Source of the DNA: Guillardia theta CCMP2712
Lineage: Eukaryota; Protista; Cryptophyta
Direction: 5' to 3'
DNA: 35,726 nucleotides
NCBI RefSeq assembly: GCF_000315625.1
Contig: NW_005434596.1
Coordinates: forward strand, 338,120 to 373,845
Made by a program: the position numbers and the translations under genes. Below, piece after piece: positions 31,801 through 35,726 of the stretch (position 1 is the first letter of the stretch; each line of letters begins with the position of its first letter). The notes under the pieces are model-generated. The model had not been told where the DNA came from. It did no database searches and saw nothing but the letters and a program-made list of their open reading frames with translations.

Positions 31801-34800
31801 TCATCCCCCCTCCTTCTTCCCACCACCACCACCTCCTTTTCTCCTCCTCCTCGCATGAGTCATCTTGACTCCCTCCTCCAGCACAGCGAGCGGCAGATCA
31901 TGAAGACCTCGTTCCTCGACGCCTCCTTCATGAAGCATCTCGAGAGCGCCCTGCGCTTCGGCACCCCCATCCTCGTCACCGACGTGGAGCGCGTCGACCC
32001 CATCCTCAACCCCATCCTCAACCGCGAGATCTCCAAGAACGGAGGAAGGGTCCTCGTGCGCCTCGGCAGCCAGGACATCGACTTCTCCCCCTCCTTCGCT
32101 CTCTTCCTGAGCACGCGCGACCCCTCCTGCCACTTCAGCCCCGACCTGTTCAGCCGCGTCTCCCTCATCAACTTCACCATCACCCCAGCTGGACTCCAGG
32201 ACCAGACGCTGAGCCTGGTGCTGAGATCGGAGCGGCCGGACGTGGAGCAGGAGCGGGAGGACCTGCTGAAGCTCCAGGGGGAGTACAGGCTGAGGCTGAA
32301 CCAGCTGGAGAAGGCCCTGCTGCAAGCTCTCTCCGACGCCAGTGGCAACATCCTCGACGACGACACAGTGATCGCCTCCCTGGAAAGGATCAAGAAGGAG
32401 AGCCAGGAGGTGGAGGAGAAGATCGCGCAGCAGGGGGAGACGCAGGAGCGGATCGAGGAGGTAACAAGACTCTTCGAGCCCTTCGCTGCCACCAGCGCGC
32501 GGGTGTTCTTGCGCTGCAGTCCATGAGAGAAGTTCACTTCCTCTATCACTTCTCCGTCCAGACCTTCATGCACATCTTCTCTCGCGTGACGGAGGAGGCG
32601 AAGGCTGACCAGTCCCCCGACCGCACAGACCTCCTCCTCCGCCTCCTCTTCAAGATCACCTTCGATCACGCTAGCGTCTCCCTCCTCGAGCGGCACAAGC
32701 TCCTCCTCGCCCTTCGCTTCGCCCAGCTGAAGCTGCTGGGCTCTCAGCTCGAGCTGGATACCTCGGACCTCAACTTTCTCTTTGGCAAGTCTGCCGTCGA
32801 CGGCTCCTCCCCGCCTTCCCGACTGTTTCTCAGCTAAGCAGGTAAGCGCTGGCTCCCCTCTGCTCCCCCTGACCTCTCCCGCAGGCCGCCAATGTCGCCA
32901 TGCTCAGCAAGTCGAGCAAGTTCGCGTCTCTGCCTGACCTCATCTGCAGCGACGCCTCCTCCTGGTCTTCCTTCCTCTCCTCCGAGCATCCTGAGCAGCA
33001 GCTGCCCTGCTCCTGGACCGGCGACTCCCCCGTTGACGTGGACGTGGCATGGCGGCGGGTTCTGGTCTGCCATGCCCTCCGGCCGGATCGCCTGCAGGCA
33101 GCCTGCGGTCTCTTCGTCGAGCGAGTCCTCGGCAGCGACTTCCTCGCCTCTTCCTCCCCTGAGCTCCGCCAGATCCTCGACAGCAGCCCCGCCAACCAGC
33201 ACACCTTCATCCTCTCCTCCTCTGCCGGCTTCGACACCAGCAGCCGCGTCGAGCGACTCGCGCGGGACCTCAGAGTCTCCTGCGACACGCTGGCGATGGG
33301 ATCGCCCGAGGGCTACGAGCAGGCAGAGAAGCTCATTGCGTCCGCTGCCTCCAGGCAAGGGGCGTGGGTCCTCCTCAAGAACGTCCACCTCGCCCCCAGC
33401 TGGCTGCTGCAGCTGGAGAAGAAGATGCACCGCATCGACCCCCTGCCCGGGTTCCGCCTCTTCCTCACCATGGAGTTCTCCTCGCAGGTCCCGCAGAGCC
33501 TCTTGCTCAGCTCTAGAGTCGTCGTGTACGAGCCGCCGGTGGGGATCAGAGCCAGCCTGCTGCGCTCCATGACGTCGTCGAGATCGCAGAGGATGGAGGA
33601 GGAGCCGGCTGAACGCTCTCGCCTCCACCTCCTCCTCTCCTGGGTCCACAGCGTCATCATGGGGAGGATGCGCTACTGCCCGCACGGGTGGTCCAAGAGC
33701 TACGAGTTCAGCGAGGTGGACCTTAGGAGCGCAGCAGACATAATCGACGAGTGGGTCGATAAGCTGGCGGCCGGAAGGTCCAACGTGGCGCCTCAGAGGC
33801 TGCCGTGGGAGGCGATACAGGCCCTGATCTCCTCGACCTGCTACGGGGGAAGGGTCGACAACGAGTTCGACCTCTCCATCCTCAACTCGCTCCTCCTCCG
33901 CCTCTTCCATCCCTCCTCCTACTCCCTCGACTTCTCTCCCATCCCCCTCCCCGCCGAGTCGGGGCTCCTCAAGCTCCCCGAGGGACGAGGGACAGATTCA
34001 TTCCTGCAGTGGATCCATTCCTTGCCCGAGCGGGAGGAGCCCGCCTGGTTGGGCCTGTCCTCCGACTCCGACCTCCTCCTCCTCGCCCGAGAATCCGAGA
34101 AGATGCTAGGGGAGTGGGAGGAGCTGCTCAACAGCTACTCGGGCGACGAGCGACTGGTCGACTCAGCGCAAGTGAGGAAGCAGGAGAAAGTTCCACGCTG
34201 GACCAAGACCATCGTCAGCATGGCGGAGAAGTGGGAGCAAGAGCTGCCTGCTGCTGTCGAGACTAAGTTTGACCCCAAAAGTGGGGACGCTGTGCTGGTA
34301 ACTTCACCTTGCCCTGTCTCCTTCCTCCCTGTCTTCTCCTTCACCTCAACTTGATCTGACTCCCTTCCTCCTTCGTGCCCTCCTCTTCTCCTTTCCCCCC
34401 ATCTTGCCCTTCCCTCCTCCTCCTCCTCCTCCTCCTCCTCCTCCTCCTCCTCCTCCTCCTCCTCCTCCTCCTGACTTGCTCCCAGCGCTTCTTGAGCAGA
34501 GAGAGCGACATTGCGGTCAACCTTCTCAACCTCGTTCGCGCTGACATCAGCAGCATCCTCTCCTGCCTTCGCGGCGACGCTGCTCTCACTAACCACGTGC
34601 GGGAAGTGATCTCCGACCTGAGGAGAGGACTCGTGCCCAAGACCTGGTCAAGGTGACTTGTTCTCCTCCTCCTACCTCGACCTACTGCTCCACTTGCTCC
34701 TGCTCCTGCTCCTGCTCCTACCTCGGACTCTTGCTGCTCCTGCTCCCTGCTGCGTCTGCCCTAACTCCCTCACTCCCTCACTCCCTCCTGAACTTTTCTC

Positions 34801-35646
34801 CCACTTCTCTTTTCCTGTTCCTTCCCTCATCTTCGTCTAGTCTCCTCATCCTTCTCCTCCCTCCCCTCTCCGTCCCTCCTCACTCTCTTCGCAGGAATCA
34901 CAAGATCTCCTCCCTCCTCAAGCCCGACAGCTGGATCAGAGACCTCGTGCGGAGGATCAAGCATCTGTCTCAGGTGGCTGCTCATCTGCAGCAGGGGGGG
35001 AATGTCCTCGCTCAGCCCGTCTGGCTGGGAGGCTTCTTCTATCCCGGGGCCTTCCTGACGGCCTTGAGACAACTGCAAGCACGGAGCCAGGTAGGAGAGA
35101 GGTGGCGAAGGAGGGCGGAAGAAGGGAAGAGGATGGAGGGAGGTAGGAAAGAGCAAGGGAGGTTTGGTTCGAGAGGATTGGGATGCGAGGGACGGAGGAT
35201 GAAATGGAGGACGGAGTGGAGAGAGGAGAAGAGAGCCTGGTAGAGGAGAAGGTGCAGGAGGGCAGAGGAAAGAGCAGAGGAGAGGCAGGAGCACAGGCCC
35301 TGATGCTCGCTTGTCTTGCAGAGAGTGCCGCTCGAAGAACTGAAACTGCGAGTGAGGATCGGGGCGGAGCAGGGCGAGGACGGGGCGTCTGTACAAGTGC
35401 GCGGGAGCTGCTTGCATGGAGCGCGATGGCAGGAGGAGAAACAAGTCCTGACGTGCGGCGGAAGCCAGCCGGCACAACTCGCTGCCCTGACGCTGAGGTC
35501 GGACATGCCTGCCCTGGTCACGGCTGCTGATTCTTGTGTGCAGCTGGGAGAAGGAGAAGGAGGAGAAGGAGGAGGACAAGGAAGAAGAGGTCACCATCAA
35601 AGTCCCTATGTACCTCACAGAAGCGAGAGGAGACGTGTTTGCTGTG
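19889..35646 (+). CDS. DYNC1H1: Cytoplasmic dynein-1 heavy chain, spliced, last exon(s) beyond the window
   Basis: Exons 19889-20150, 20212-20650, 20700-20958, 21015-21149, 21199-21990, 22037-28891, 29188-31029, 31141-31239, 31505-31648, 31882-32841, 32885-34297, 34485-34652, 34895-35090, 35322-35497, 35544-35646. P-loops [32 protein letters not shown]; CFDEFNR; coiled-coil stalk. Dynein-1-type segments [52 protein letters not shown], and C-terminal [15 protein letters not shown]. Frame breaks at ~32510 and ~32815. Confidence 0.96.
25589..25636 (+). repeat. In-frame (TCC)16 encoding poly-Ser within the dynein heavy chain
   Basis: 48 bp pure TCC run inside the 6.9-kb exon, upstream of the AAA1 P-loop. 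Confidence 0.95.
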
Positions 35647-35726
35647 GTAAGTCGCCGGAGGGAGAGGAGAGGAGAGGAGAGGAGAGGGGAGGGGAGGGGA
35701 GGGGAGGGGAGGGAGGAGAGGAGAGG

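Noticed and set aside
21271-35618. Numerous long antisense and alternate-frame ORFs over the dynein gene
   Set aside because: Shadow ORFs caused by high GC at third codon positions; no independent motifs.

Overview
Eukaryotic nuclear DNA, most consistent with a cryptophyte alga such as Guillardia theta. This is inferred from the mix of 40-60 nt GT-AG introns and GA/CT low-complexity introns, and from a signal-peptide + Phe plastid leader; it is not proven. Left to right: (1) spliced XPD/ERCC2 helicase gene on the minus strand, running off the left edge; (2) a divergently transcribed six-exon gene for a probable plastid-targeted protein; (3) a large multi-exon minus-strand gene (11433->5899, crossing a 100-N gap) whose reconstructed product has a signal-peptide-like start, a ubiquitin-tail-like LRLSGG motif, and NUC153-like, SAM-like and DUF1764-like motifs; (4) a ~3.7 kb gene-poor island with a dense hairpin cluster, a broken caspase-family (C14) fragment and inverted/direct repeats; (5) three near-identical tandem copies of an intronless, TATA-preceded 164-aa Ser-rich orphan gene; (6) a cytoplasmic dynein-1 heavy chain gene (15 exons mapped) running off the right edge. 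Several single-base losses in short runs break otherwise intact genes and are probably assembly errors. All exon maps and motif calls were made by eye, without database searches.
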